Shown here in pieces: positions 1-15,030 of a DNA stretch of 64,000 nt. This DNA comes from Tubiluchus corallicola (taxonomy: Eukaryota; Animalia; Priapulida), in assembly GCA_030141605.1 (NCBI GenBank), contig JAQGDQ010001000.1, positions 7,325 to 71,324 of the forward strand. The letters run 5' to 3'. A program made the translations under genes and the position numbers. Position 1 is the first letter of the stretch. Each line of letters starts with the position of its first letter. The notes below the pieces were generated by a model. It had not been told where the DNA came from. It worked only from the letters and a program-made list of their open reading frames with translations, and ran no database searches.

Positions 1-324
1 GAGCAACAGATTGCTTTAATGACTTACAACCAAATAAGGAAATCTAGGCACACAACACCTGTAGTAAACTCTTGCTATTTAATACATGAAAGAGTCGATC
101 TCTAGGAATGAGCAAGTTGGTTACTGAGTGCATAAAATCATTTCAGCAAAAAATGTCATTATCAATAGTAAAATTACGTCGAAAGAAAGTGACACTGCAA
201 TTACTAAAGCGCGAAAAATCTTTACAAAACCGGTCCCTGTGGATTATGGATTTTAGTGTTACCTTGAAAGAATTGTAGGTTTCCCATGTTGTGGTTCCAA
301 ATTTTTTTGATTGTGAATTTTTTG

Positions 325-900
325 ATTTTTAGACTACCTGATGATATTCCAGCGAGAATAGCTCTTCAACAAGCCATAGAATAAGCTAAAAAAACCTGCA
401 GAAGGACAAATGTTAACATATTTAGATTTTGCACAGAAAGATTGAAACACTTCAGCATTGATCCTTAGAAATAAATGCACTTGGGGCATTGCAGCGAGCA
501 GGGAGTCCTGGCATAGGGAGGTGAGCAAAATCATGTCACTGGACGTGTGATTCATTGGATGATGATGATGAATGTGGAGGCGCAATTGTGTAGAAGTCTT
601 CTTAGGAAAGTTTTAAAGACTATACATAATCAAAAATGAAGATTTATACACCAGAAAAAAAGAAATTTGTTGGAGTTCAAAAGCCAAGATCTGAAGATTA
701 AGATGGCTAGGACATATTCTAAGATTACCAAATGAAGCATTAGTAATGCTCTGATAAATGTTGACATTTTCACTAGAGTTTTTGGTGGTGTTTTGAAGAA
801 AGTGGGTGGAATACTCTGATAAATGTTGATACCTCAATGCTTACAATAGGTGGAATGAAATTTTGAAAGAATAGTGTAAATCTTGCTTTTTATATTTTTA
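325..900 (+). mobile_element. Two degraded RTE-clade LINE 3' fragments
   Basis: Broken frames give RLPDDIPARIAL and RLRWLGHILRLPNEAL (RTE C-terminal WLGH motif). Short (GAT)n tail near 558-571. Confidence 0.6.
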
Positions 901-2278
901 ACACTGATTACAGAGGTTTCATCTCTCGTTATGTAAACTTTGCTTGTCAGACAAATTGTTTGCTGCAGTTATGATCTTTGCCTGAACATCTCACACAGAA
1001 GATGCAAATTTTTCATATTTTTTACAAGATTCTGTTGGGTACTTTTACTTGTATACTGGTAGTTTTCATTTTGTAAAAACATTTTGTGCCTCGGTAACTG
1101 CAGTGTCTTAAGTGTACTGACTATTTTTGGCTTAATTTTCAGCACTGATAACCGACATTTTTTGTCAAAACGATCGTCTGCACTTGACAAATAGAATATT
1201 GCTATTGAAGGTGATAAAAATGATAACAGTAGCTATTCTAGAATGGGCAATATTTACAAAATTAGTCGTAGTTAACAACTATTACAACAGATCAACAGCT
1301 TATCTACGGTACAGCAATAGTTAAAAGGTCAAACAAAAGTACGAATTATGAAACTTCTGGTCAAATTGTATATGACATAACGATAAAATGGTTTACCTAC
1401 GGAGGCATTGTGTGAAAAGACAATTTCAAATAAAAAATCAGAAGCGGAAACCAGTACACTAGGCATGTAACAGTTGCTGACATTCTGAAAAAAAGGCGAA
1501 TTTATTTATTATGCAAATAAAATTTAGAACATTTTTACAGATCGCTGTGAAATAAGGTTATAAGCGTTAGACCCAGAAGACAAATTATGCAAAGTCGAAT
1601 GATAATTTGTCCGGGCTAGATGACAGAAAGGTGCCAAAATACAGGCGCCACTACACGTGACAAAATACGAGGGAAACATGTCTAAGGGAAAACCTTCTCA
1701 CTAAATTATAAACGATGCAGTGTTACAGCGTAAAGCTAATGACAAAGAAGAGAATGCAAAATGGGACAGCGATCCGGGAAAAGAGAGAAAATTTCAGAAT
1801 TGCAAGACGCCATGACAAATTGCACACGGGGTCCCTAGCCTAATGCGACACATTTATATATCCTCTAATTTTGAAAAATTCCCCAATTTGACGTCGCTCA
1901 ATCCACACGATTAGAGTTTCATCATCAACATTAAGACAATCGTGGCAACTTGATGCCTCTTATTGCACGAACTTCTTCATTTTAATTTTGATAAACAATG
2001 ACTTCTCGAACATCTTGGATGCAATCACCTCACAAACGTGCTCACCATACAGATACGCCTTTCACTGCAATTTCACATGCACGTGCCTTTGTAAGAAAGC
2101 TATTGGACATTCACACCAAAAAGTTGGTCAGAACGTCAAGCCAGTAAGACCAATTGGTCTCTTTAGGCACAATCAGGCTTCGGCAGTTTCTATTATCACA
2201 GCAATATGGATTTGACATTGTTCATAATCCATTGTTCATTGTTCATATAAGAAGACAACAACTGATGTCAAAACAAGT

Positions 2279-2589
2279 TCAATCGAGGCTACACTCGTTC
2301 CATTGTTCTTCGATCGCCTGCTGCCGAACTCGCTGCCACTCCTTGAAACGCGGAGCACATTTCATGACGGGGATACCAAGCCGCCTCTCCCCCATGAACA
2401 TCAGTTCGCCCTTTCCCTGTCGAACACCGCAGTGCAGGGAAACAGAGATGGCACCACTGTGCGTGCGTGAATGGTGGCGCTTTTCGAAGAGCGGCGCCGA
2501 CTGGTGGAAGATTTTGGAAGCTGTTATGTCCAGCCATGTCTCACGTAGGTGTTCGTCATTTCGAACTGCCGCAATAGTTCCTCTAACGG
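2279..2589 (-). CDS. METRNL: Meteorin/meteorin-like protein, last coding exon (NTR-like domain)
   Basis: (A)VRGTIAAV...LHCGVRQGKGELMFMGERRLGIPVMKCAPRFKEWQRV...NECSLD* matches the METRNL C-terminus (CGVRPGHGDFLFTG...GCAPRFKDFQR...NPCE). Acceptor gtttcag|CC, TGA stop at 2279-2281. Confidence 0.95.
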
Positions 2590-2999
2590 CTGAAACAATA
2601 AAAATAATGTGAGTGAAATGTTTGCACATAACGAATTCTTATAAATTCAAATTATTTGTCAGTTAATTACATTTATTCATTAATGAATTTTAATGACTTT
2701 ACCGCCTAAAACAGTTATAATCACATAACTGACAGTAACAAATCTGAGACACCCAGCCCAGGAATTGACCCCAGGGCATTTTAATTCTTAGCCGCATCTA
2801 CTAATCATCACCCTGCTGGACAGACCATGTCCCTCGAATCTATTAAAAACCAATTCTGCTAGTTCCGTGTAGGTCTTGCAATGATTATGAAAAGACCAGG
2901 GGTTATTCACACAAATCTTTGAATGTGAATAGGTTTATTAGTAATACAAGTATGCAATGTGCCAATGACAGCTAAACGTAAGCACTAAATTTGGGAGAT

Positions 3000-5112
3000 T
3001 TGATACGTAGAATGATGGCAGTCGCAATTAGAAAGTTGTAGGTTCAACTAGAAGATCAGGAATTTGCGGATGATATAGCACTGATGTCACCGCAGTTTGA
3101 AAAGACTCAAGACTCAAGGAGGGAGCGGAAAGAGTTGGACTTTGTTTAAATTGCAGAAAATGTAAAACGATGGGATTGAATGCAGGCGTACCGCAAAGGT
3201 GAAAGTGGGAGGGTAAGAGATAGCTGACGTAGAAGAGTTTGTGTGTCTAGGAGAGGTGATGTCAAGAACAGGTAGAGGAACACAGGAGATGAATAGGCTA
3301 AGTAAAGCAAGAGCATTCAGGAGACTCGCAAGATCTGGAGAGCAAGAAGTACGTGGGGGGACATCAAATAAATAAATAAATCTTTTATTTACATTATGTT
3401 TACATAACGTAAATCCCTCTAATTGCAGGGTAATCTGGCAAAAATTAAATAACAACAGTATAAAACAAAGTCAAAACGTATCACATCTGAAGTGTGCGAT
3501 AAGGTTAGTAAATTGTGGGTGAAGTTTCACATAAAAAAGTGCATTAGGAAAATCATTGATAAGATGGTAGTATATGTAAAATTAGCAATGAACATGAGGG
3601 GGCATAAAGATCAAAATAAAACTATTCAAACATTTCAAAGCACTGGTGAAGTTCGGTGTTAATGTATAGAAACGAGGTAAGGAAGATGACGAAGACAGAG
3701 GGGAGGAAACTCACCACATTTCAGTTGAAGTGCGTGAGAAGAATATGAAGGATTAGATGGCAGAAGTGGGTGACTAATTTGGAGGTGGTAAACAAGGCAC
3801 AAATAAATGCAGTGAGTGATGCACTTCGGATGAGATGGAACAAGGTTTGATATGTCCTACGGAGGGAAGATGAGAATGACCGTGAGACAGCGATGGAATG
3901 GACACAGTATGGATGAAGGGCGAGGGGAGTCTGAGAACACCATGGAGCAGCGATGGAATGGACACCGGATGGATGAAGGGCGAGGGGAGTCTGAGAACAA
4001 CATGGAGCAACGATGGAGTGGACATTGGATTGATGAAGGGTAAGGCGAGTCTGAAAACAACATGGAGCAGCGATGGAGTGGACACTGGATTGATGAAGGG
4101 TGAGGGGAGTCTAAGAACAACATGGAGCAGCGATGGAAGGAACCAGATTGATGAAGGGTGAGGCGAGTCTGAGAACAACATGGAGCAGCGATGGAGTGGA
4201 CACCAGATTCATGAAGCGTGAGGCGAGTCTGAGAACAACATGGAGCAGAGATGGAGTGGGCACTGGATTGATGAAGGGTGAGGCGAGTCTGAGAACAACA
4301 TGGAGCAGCGATGGAGTGGACACCGGATTGATGAAAGGTGAGGGGAGTCTGAGAACAACATGGAGCAGCGATGGAGTGGACACCAGATTGATGAAGCATG
4401 AGGCGAGTCTGAGAACAACATGGAGCAGAGATGGAGTGGGCACTGGATTGATGAAGGGTGAGGCGAGTCTGAGAACAACATGGAGCAGCGATGGAAGGAC
4501 ACCAGATTGATGAAGGGTGAGGTGAGTCTGAGAACAACATGGAGCAGCGATGGAGTGGACACCAGATTCATTGATGAAGGGTGAAGGGAGTCTGAGAACA
4601 ACATGGAGCAGCGATGGAGTGGACACCAGATTGATGAAGCATGAGGCGAGTCTGAGAACAACATGGAGCAGAGATGGAGTGGGCACTGGATTGATGAAGG
4701 GTGAAGCGAGTCTGAGAACAACATGGAGCAGCGATGGAAGGACACCAGATTGATGAAGGGTGAGGCGAGTCTGAGAACAACATGGAGCAGCGATGGAGTG
4801 GACACCAGATTCATTGATGAAGGGTGAAGGGAGTCTGAGAACAACATGGAGCAGCGATGGAGTGGACACCGGATTGATGAAGGGTGAGGGGAGTCTGAGA
4901 ACAACATGGAGCAGCGATGGAGTGGACACCGGATTGATGAAGGGTGAGGGGAGTCTGAGAACTACACGGAGAAGGAAAGCGGAAGCAGAGAAGATGAAGC
5001 TAGACGGAAGAGATGCAGCAATGAACAGGACAGGGGTGGCAAAGGACAGAAGGGTTTGGAGGAGCGTCGCACCGCCTTATGCGCCTCCTGCCGTGGAGAA
5101 AACTACGTGCTA
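3000..5112 (+). mobile_element. Degraded RTE LINE 3' portion with an internal minisatellite
   Basis: LEDQEFADDIALMS (RT catalytic YADD-like motif) at about 3048-3090, QLKCVRRI and RW-G-VLR remnants, and AKDRRVWRS near the 3' end. Many stops and frameshifts. Confidence 0.8.
3885..4965. repeat. About 60-bp minisatellite, about 18 copies
   Basis: Unit GAGCAGCGATGGAGTGGACACCAGATTGATGAAGGGTGAGGCGAGTCTGAGAACAACATG repeated head to tail with no spacers. Confidence 0.97.
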
Positions 5113-7943
5113 AGTGTAAGCGTTCACATCTTTGCTGGAATGAGAAACGACATTAATGACACCTTGATGTCTGGTGACATTCCTCCGTTGAATAGCCCGG
5201 TTGACATTCATGAAAAAACGGTAAAGACGTTTACTACAAACACGAAATACGTAACAAGTGAACAAAAGTCTATATACGTACGAGGAGCACGTTTTTGATA
5301 TACTGAAATTTTTTCATCCAGCCCTAATTGACCTAGTTCAGAATGGCTCCACCATCTTGCAAGATTGGAGGTCTCTCCATTAGGCCAATGACAAACACCA
5401 GCTCTCTGTGTTTATATGCCGCTAACAATTTGTTTCGGATCGTGACATTAAAACAAGTCATTTTTTAGCACTCTGGGGGTACATTTTCACCCAATATGCG
5501 TCTCGTCTAGGGCCTGGGAAGAGAGCAGAAGCCAGAGTTCCCAGCTGCATCGGGTCGACACTAGAACACATCTGCGCAGTTTAATTTACAACAACCCTGG
5601 AATAAGGCGTGATCTGATTACTTATCTAAGCGGCGTATTATCAAGCCTCCACCAATATGAGCCCCAGATTGCAATCGTCATTGAAGCCAAGTTTATTTGT
5701 GTAAACTTGACGACTTGGTGTCCATAAAATGAACCCTAGATTTCACTCAACCCGGTAGAGAAGCTTAATTTTCTACGCGGGACATGAAAGAGTTTGATTT
5801 TTCTCCGCCATTAGCAGCAGCAGCAGCAGTTTTACGGCTTAGCAAATTTCAAACTTCTCCAACGAACATGTTTTGCTAAGACATGAGATTTGCTCATTTA
5901 ACACTGTGCGAACTGCACTGGCTTTCCAAAATTAGTGCAACTTGGTATAATTAAAGTCGTTGGAGTTAAAAGGAAATCTTAAAAGAAAACAGAAAATTTT
6001 TCATATCCTACTCCATTTTGAAGCACAATGAAAAGTATACATTTTAACACAATTAATACTGCAAAAACATTTCTGATAATTAAATAATAGATTAAAAACT
6101 TAATTAACGGCAGACGAGCCCAACTAGTGATGACATCACAACTGAACATAATTTCCAACAGCACAAACATTCCATGAGCGTGTTGGACGTGTTTGCAAAA
6201 ATGAAAATTGAGATTGAAGTACAGGGCTACTGTACAACATTCAGTGTGTTGTATAGAAACTCGGCAAGTTTTTAAGTTTAAAATTCAAATTTCAAGTTTA
6301 CCGCTATGCTTACGCATGAGCTTTTGAACGTGTGCACCTACGTCACAATTGAACACCTCCAAAATGAGAGGCACACCACCTGGTTTTTATGTAGACACCA
6401 GAACGCATGTATCAGTGAAGAACAAGCCGTACGAACTAAACGAAATCTGTATGTTCCTTTCAATATTTTACAAAGCAGACAGCTTTGAGCTATAGCTTAA
6501 GATGGCGTCCAGTTTCCCTTTAACATTCTAACTCAAGAATTGAACCTGCGGCCTCTGAATCGCTGGTCGCATGTGCTAACCAGTACACACCGTACTCAAA
6601 TGTGGCACTAACGCATGCTATTATTCATTTAAAATTTCACGTATTTCATTAAAAAGCGAGCCATTGCTGTTAATGTTAGGCAGCTACTCAATAAGCTAAA
6701 CAAGACTAACGAGGGCGGCTCCAAAAACCCAGAGGGGTGGGACGATTACATGTACAGCAATTCAGAGTCATGACGGGGCAAAGAAACGCCCCAAAATATT
6801 CCCGATGAAGTTTTTAAATGCTTATCAACAACAATGTCCGCTTCACGAACAACCAACTACATTTTATTAAATTCTTATTAGCAAAATCAACGTGTCTGAT
6901 GTACGCTAGTAGTCCTCAAGACAAAATGTTCATACAGTTTATACGTCAGGGTGAATACGAGTGAAAATATGCAAGGGCATCTTAAGCAGTGATGTAAATT
7001 TTACTTCTGTAATAGGACGTATGTTATATCGTTAATTGTTATTTGTGTTATTGTTGTGTGTCATAATTTATTGTATTATTTGTATTAATTTGTGATGTGT
7101 TTATGAACTCTGTAACGTTTGAAATAAGATATTAAATTGAAAAAAATCAAATTTATAAAAATTGGATTTTTGTAATAAAAATTTAGTGATGTTTATTATA
7201 CAGTGGGTTGTTTATGAAGCCTGATCCTAAATTGAGCAGAAAAAGTGCGCTGTTGGCTTTGCAAATGTTTATATAAACAGATGAAACCCACAAGATACCG
7301 TGTCTTGTATTAATCTAACGGAACTCTTTACTTCATTAATTAATTAGATTATGACATTATAATTAGTTGCTAGCTAATTTGGGAAAGTATCATAAGTATA
7401 TCCTACTCTTCACTACTGTCGCGAAGTTCGTCTCATAATTACTTCGCGTTTGATTAACTTGACTTGTGAATATTACATTGTTTCTCTTCTTACTCATCTC
7501 TCTTTCATATTTTTTCATCTCATTCCCTCCTTTTTAGGCTTGTTATAACATCGAAATAGCTTAAATTTCCCTCTAATCTTACTGTACTTATTTGCTTCTG
7601 AATGACCTTTTACATTAATAGTGTTCTAGTTTTCTGTATTTAAGCTGTGTAAGACAGGCCTACCTTGAACATTTAGACCTGTGGGCTAGCTAGGCTAATT
7701 GTTCCGCTGTGTTTTAGTATAGTGGTATTTTAGTATCGATAATAATTACGTTAGTTGATTCTGTGATTGTACCTGCTAGTATAGTTATTATAATATAATT
7801 CCTCGTGACTTGTTAATGATTCTGTTGTTTGATTCTTTAATTGTAAAAGCTAACAGGCTTAACTGTGGGCAAACTTTAATTCAGTGTCAGCTCTCCCCCT
7901 TATTTCCTTGCCCACATTTTCCGCCTAGCAAAAAAACACCCGC

Positions 7944-8256
7944 TGTAACCGTTTTACCCGCACCAAAAATCATTTCACGAATGCAACGCGATACCATCCA
8001 ACCAGACAGCAACACGATTTTCACAAAGCTATAAAAAGAGGTATTTAGAGAGAGTCGGAGAAAAAGAGATGAGAGCGTTTAGACGCGTAAGCTTCATCGA
8101 TTTGTCCTGATCAAATATTGACGGGCTTTTGTAGACTGAATAGGCTAGGACACCCTCTCGTGGGCTCGAATAATAAAAGAGACTATTGCAACGGGTAAAC
8201 GTGTAGCGAAAGACGTTCAATAAGTGTATCGGTAAATATTTGCCATATAAATTACA
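7944..8256 (+). mobile_element. Putative LTR followed by a PBS-like TGGCG
   Basis: TGTAA...TTACA termini, TATAAAA at about 8030, AATAAA at about 8172 and TGGCGCG 3 nt after the end. No TSD seen. Confidence 0.5.
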
Positions 8257-8522
8257 GGCTGGCGCGCAGAAGTTTAACCTTTGTACGCGCGCCTACGGAG
8301 ATTCGTGGCGCACAAAAGAGCTACGTCCTGCTTCCAATGCAAGTGTTAGAAAGGGGAGGACAGTTGAGATTAGACCCCAGGCGAAGACTAGAGATAAATT
8401 TCGAGGCGCGACAAATAGGTGTCGCAGAAAGAGGTGTCGCGACAAACGAGTTATCATCCGTGATATTAATTGCATAAAATAAATTATTTACTTCAGTGGG
8501 CCTTTGGGTTTTCAAATAGTGG

Positions 8523-9067
8523 TTAAAGGGAAAAAATGCAATTCTAAAGCATGTCCCCAAAAAACCTGACGTTTAGAGAATCACAGTTATGTTACTTTGC
8601 CTTACGCTTACCTGCTTGAAAGATATATATAGAAAAGAAAATTCTTGGTAATTTACAATGCACACGCCAATTGCTAAAACATCGGTAACTCACCTTCCCA
8701 GTGTGCACCACTGGCTCACAATAAAATATACTACTGAACAAACTTGATAAAATAAAGTTATTTATACTTTCGTTTAGTTTCGAAGAGTGTGCTACGAATG
8801 TTCTGACTATTTTTTCAAATTTTACGCTGCGTTATCTAAGCTTGTTTCAAACGGATTTACTGTTAAAATGGCTGCGCTTAACGGTCACCGCGCGAGCTTA
8901 AATTTACGAATTTTATACAGCGTTAAACTTGTTACACTGTTATTACTGCTAATACAACGTGTTAGAGGATCCGTGGCCTAGGTTGCAGTATGTAGGCCTA
9001 GGTTATACAAAATTTCAAGACGAATTTTTTAAGCTCTACGTATGTAAAGAGTTTACATGTCCTTTAA
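8523..9067 (-). mobile_element. Kolobok-type MITE, family A
   Basis: TTAA-AGG...CCT-TTAA ends. Shares the internal CCCAGTGTGCACCACTG and AAAATGGCTGCG motifs with other copies. Confidence 0.75.
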
Positions 9068-9299
9068 GGTTTAAACCTATTTGCAGTACTTGTGGATACA
9101 CGATTTAAACTTTCGACTATGACATAATCATGAAATCATATTGCAATATCAAATACTGAAAGTGTCTTCAAACTCAATCTGCGTAATCTGCCGCTAGCTG
9201 GCACTGCAAGTTACTACAAGTCTAAATCTATATCTAACCCACATTTATACTTGAATTTAAACTTGGTTGAGTTTTAAACTTAAAGTCTTTAGAATTCTC

Positions 9300-9520
9300 A
9301 AGTCATGATATATGACATTAAATCACTCACACGCGTAGATCCTCGCTATTTCGAAAGAAACAGCGGACCGGGCAGTGAGAACTATTCAAATTTGTTGAAA
9401 AGATTCAGGCGCCCCCTACGCTCGATTGCGAGAACCAACCCATCTTTGTTTCCCAGAGCGGGAATTGAAAGATCGTATAACTCTTTACCCCGTGAAGTGA
9501 AAGCAATGAATGGGAGCTAT
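9300..9520 (+). mobile_element. Degraded CR1/L2-type LINE C-terminal fragment
   Basis: RTNPSLFPRAGIERSYNSLPREV resembles the SFFPR..WNSLP motif. Confidence 0.4.
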
Positions 9521-9699
9521 ACGAGCTGCTATTAACTTCTGAGCCAGAGGATGTTCATAAAATGAGCATTATGTCTGCTTTAATAGCACCGACCTTTACG
9601 GGCAATGAAATCGACAGTTTGTATCCAGTAATTGAGCCAATGACTTTGGTCCATGAACAAGTCAAACCCCCCCGGGGGGGGGTGTACGCCTGATGACTT

Positions 9700-10655
<956 letters not shown>

Positions 10656-11807
10656 ACAGATAGACACAGACACTTCCTCTCAGGCCTCAACATGAAAACT
10701 CAGAGAATCCGCTGACAGACAATCAACTCAGAACGCTTCGTCAGCAGTTTGTCATATGTGATGAAAGAACAGGTTTCGGACGAAGATTGTTCTACTAATT
10801 CTACGAGCAATATTATCAAGGAAAAAATTTATCTGTGAGTTCCATCTAGAATCAGCGCGATGAAAAAAGCTGGGGGGGAAAACTAAGCCTACTGTAAATC
10901 CATATCACGGAAAAGCAAGAAATAAAGGTCCGTTCACAGTAAGATAGCAATAAGCCAGCAAAGATGAGCGTGCAATAAAAAAAGTCATTTTTATTGTACG
11001 ATGCGGGGCGAATAAAAACCAAGTCTCAACAAATCTGAAGTTTGACAAAGTCACAACATTGTTGAGTTTTATTAACATTAGTCTTAAAAACAGACTAAAA
11101 ATTCTTTGCCGGAGCAAAAGGACGCGACGTAATGCCGTTGCCACCTTTTGTCACGAAAAAACTTATTGGGAATTCAAACGCATCCACCACGTAACTTTAG
11201 ACAGATCTACCAGGAAAGATCCCCCTAGAAACCGAGCTGTTTTCACGTCCCGAACCACAGACTCCAATTTCGCCCCATTAGCGTCTTAGAGGGTCAAGAC
11301 ATCTTAAACCTCTGTACGTCTCCGATAACACGCGCCCGTCTGGCCTTTGATAGCAAACATGGCAGTTTGTATACAGTAACATTATCACGCACGAATCCAG
11401 AAGATTATTAGAAAACTAGAAGATCGACCTATTTGAATGGAGGAGTAGTGAGCAGGGGCAGAGAGGCCAAGACTGCAGGGGAAAGAAAGATTTGTAGGGG
11501 AGGCCAATTGCTACATTGTGCCCGAGAGGGATTTAGGCGGGACAGCGCGCATAAACAGAAAGAGGAAAAACATTTTATGAGGTTTAATCTGGAGCAAAGG
11601 GGATTTAGACCTGATCCAGGAGACGGATAAGTCAGGGAATTAAAGGAGAAAGAAATGGCAATGACCTCTGGTGGAAAGTTTATAAACACAATGGTAGAAA
11701 AACGCCTGACAATGGCGTTTATGGTATACAGTGAAAGATCTGGCGAAATTATTAAAAAAAACGCCAATTTCTTGCGGGAGAAAAGAACAGGGTAAGTGAT
11801 GCCAAGG

Positions 11808-12301
11808 GCATGTGCAAAAATAAAAAGAACAAGGTGTGCACAAAAATAAAAAGAACAAGGTATGCACAAAAATAAAAAGAACAAGGTATGCACAAAAATA
11901 AAAGGAACAAGGCATGTGCAAAAGAAAAAAGAACAAGCGATGTGCAAAAGAAAAAAGAACAAGCGATGTGCAAAAGAAAAAAGAACAAGCGATGTGCAAA
12001 AGAAAAAAGAACAAGCGATGTGCAAAAGAAAAAAGAACAAGGGATGTGCAAAAATAAAAAGAACAAGCGATGTGCAAAAACAAAAAGAACAAGGGATGTG
12101 CAAATGCAGAAAGAACAAGGCCTGCACAAAAATAAAAAGAACAAGGATGTGCAAAAGAAAAAAGAACAAAAACAAAAAGAACAAGGCATGCGAAAAAGCA
12201 AAAAGAACAAGACATGCGCAAAAGCAAATAAGAACAAGGCATATGACGTGTTCTGCATGATTTGTTAATTGTACTTGTGTCTATGTTTGTAAAACAAAGC
12301 G

Positions 12302-12400
<99 letters not shown>

Positions 12401-12540
12401 GATATTATTATTATTATTACTATTATTATATACAAAAGCAAAAAGAACAAGGCATGCACAAAAAAATAAAACAATGCATGCGCAAAAACAAAAAGCAGGA
12501 CATGCGCAGAAGTAAAAAGAAGAAAGCATGCGCAAAAACA
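11808..12540. repeat. About 26-bp A-rich minisatellite interrupted by a LINE tip and (TAT)n
   Basis: Unit TGTGCAAAAGAAAAAAGAACAAGCGA, about 17 copies to 12242. It resumes after an insert at 12245-12430. Confidence 0.9.
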
Positions 12541-12896
12541 AGAGACAAAATTCAACTCCACCTTTCAGTAACCCAGGTCTTTCCAGCAGAAATATTATCG
12601 TTAACAGCATTAGCAACATCTGCAGGAACAACAAACAATCAGTCCACCAGGGCCCACCATCTAACCCAGCTTGTCTTACTCTCACAACAGAACTAGAGTA
12701 GGCTCCCGTCTTCAGGGAAGCAAGCTTTTGTTATGTGACAAAATACAACCGTCTGAACGACCATCTCCTCAGCTACTTTAGCAACGTCTGTTGAGAGTTA
12801 CCAACACCAGACGCAACAGATCGATTTCAGTCTCGTAAGTAAAGAGTCCAAGCAAAACTTAAACTCTTTCATACAGTTTAAGTTTTTTCATATCCT

Positions 12897-13171
12897 ACAT
12901 TATATGACGTCAGAAACTAACACTGCAGTTCATGATCATGCTTATCACGGTACCGCCTTCTATTTGTCGGGCACGCGCACGTGACAAAAAGGCGCCGCTG
13001 CCAATCTTAGTAGATTCACTTAGTAGCTTTGAAAGTTTAACGAAATTTGAGTATCCGAGGTAATTATTTAATCTAAGCTTTGATTTAAAAAAAAGTTATT
13101 GCAGTTTTCAATATTTCAGAGCATTATTTATTCTGAACTCGTGTTTATACAATCATCCGGTTTTCCTTTAA
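12897..13171 (-). mobile_element. Kolobok-type MITE, family B, partial
   Basis: Reverse complement of the first roughly 280 bp of 37426-37984. Ends ATCCGGTTTTCCT-TTAA. Confidence 0.8.
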
Positions 13172-14392
13172 ACAAAAACTTGGATCAGTGTACATTACGC
13201 AAGTTTGTACGCAACTTTTACGAGTACGCAACTTTTACGAGAACGCATAAAACTTTGCCAAGTGTTTCAAACACATTCGTAAAAACGATTAAAACTTAAC
13301 ACCTATTTCACGATTATACCCAATCCGTCGCGGCGGGCATTTTTACAATTTAAGAAATTAACTCGTGAACACTGAGACCACATCTGTTTCATCCTCTCTC
13401 CCTCGAGGCGTCTGTCTTATGAAGGCACTAATTCGTCCATTTTGCAAACGGATCTCTTTCTCTGAAAAACCGACAGGGGGCCGCTCTTGGATGATTGGAC
13501 GACGGTAGCTGAAACCTGTCATCAGGGTCCAAAATTTGGCAGTTCTGTGTAACCAAAGATCGGAGGCTTGTTGGAGCAAAATCCGTGGATAAACCAAAAT
13601 TCAGATTCAGGGATGAACTTGTTCTTCCTGATATTTATATTCTGCTAGCAAAAGGAACCATTGGTTAGCGTTAACCCGCCTGTAAAAGTATCGGTAAAAG
13701 TTTCAAATGTCCGCGAAGGTGATGGACGATATTTACTCAAGCCCCGGGCATCGGTTCAGTTGTGTTCAGAGGCGCAACAGCTCGAATGATGACGACGCGC
13801 TCATTTCTCAAAGTCTTCATCATTTTTTCATGAATGTCAGCCAGGCTTTTGAATGGAAGACGTCACCAGACATCGAGGTGTCTTTAATGTCATTTCTCAA
13901 CATCTCGCACACCTGTTTGCAGATGAAATTCGCCCATTTTTACAGTCATACTCATACAAGCCGCCTGGCACCGAAAGTATGAATCCCTGTATGGATGCGA
14001 TTAGTACGGTCAGTCAGACACAAAGGAAATTTGTTGAAATTCAAAGTTCCAGGGGTGTATGAATAGGTCCCTCTTGCGGTGACTATGAGATTTATCTTTA
14101 CTGCAAACTCTTTTACTAGGAGTTTGAGTAATATCAAAACATGGTATTGAACACAAACCCTTACGAACCACACTTATTACCGCACAATAATTAGTGAAAC
14201 TTAGTAACATTTGACTAAAATACTGAATCATATAGTAAAATTATCATATATGAACTTTCTACGGTTAAAACCTTTTTCTATACATGAATTCACGTGATGA
14301 ATAACGAACGTTTTGGCGGTAAAGCATTTTTGGCATTTAAAGAACTATTATTTCCGTGTTTTACTGTACATGTACTCTCACGGTTTTTACCA

Positions 14393-14470
14393 CCGGCGGT
14401 ATAGCTTAAAGGTAACGTGCTCGCTTCCCATCCGTGAGGTCGCAGGTTCAACTCCCGACCGAGTCGTGTC
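14393..14470 (+). mobile_element. tRNA-derived SINE head
   Basis: A box TAGCTTAAAGGTA and B box GGTTCAACTCCC. No closed acceptor stem. Confidence 0.55.
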
Positions 14471-14539
14471 CGCCCAAGCACGCAAGCTTATCGATGTGAC
14501 ATGCAGGTGATAATAATGGGGACCACACTGGACTTTAGT

Positions 14540-15030
14540 TTAAACATAATTTATTTAAGATTAGATCAGACAGTTTGAACAACATGATTTAGGATCCTCA
14601 CCACAACAGACTTTATACACTATTTACAAAAACATTTACAGTAAGAATCGACTATAACTACACAAGCTGATAAGTTTTACTACAGGATTACATTAGACAT
14701 TAGTAGAAAATGCGGTTAGAAAATATTAATGTACGATTATTTAAGAATGATGCATTTCATATAAGATAGAAACTACAGGAAGCGCTTAGTACGTGATATA
14801 AAGTCATGTATGCATTGGAATATTTTACAGTTAGCAACATAGTTAAATTCATCTTTTCCGAATAATAACAACTTCAACAGATCATTAGTTCCTAAGGCAG
14901 CTATATTAAGGTTTTCGGGCAGAAGTATTTCATTTAATTCATCAAACATAACAAGCCTAGCTAGTTGATACAATGGGCAGTGCAACAAAAAGCGTTCAAC
15001 AGACTCAAATCGGACACTGGACTTTGTCAT
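14540..15030 (-). mobile_element. CR1-type LINE 3' fragment
   Basis: ESVERFLLHCPLYQLAR...LLFG...NCKIFQCIHDFISRTKRF (C-terminal zinc-knuckle region) plus a 3' UTR nearly identical to 20085-20385 on the other strand. Confidence 0.8.

Noticed and set aside
3885-4965. CRISPR-like regular array and long overlapping ORFs
   Set aside because: The units are contiguous with no unique spacers, there are no cas genes, and the context is a eukaryotic intron. The ORFs are artefacts of a 60-bp period.
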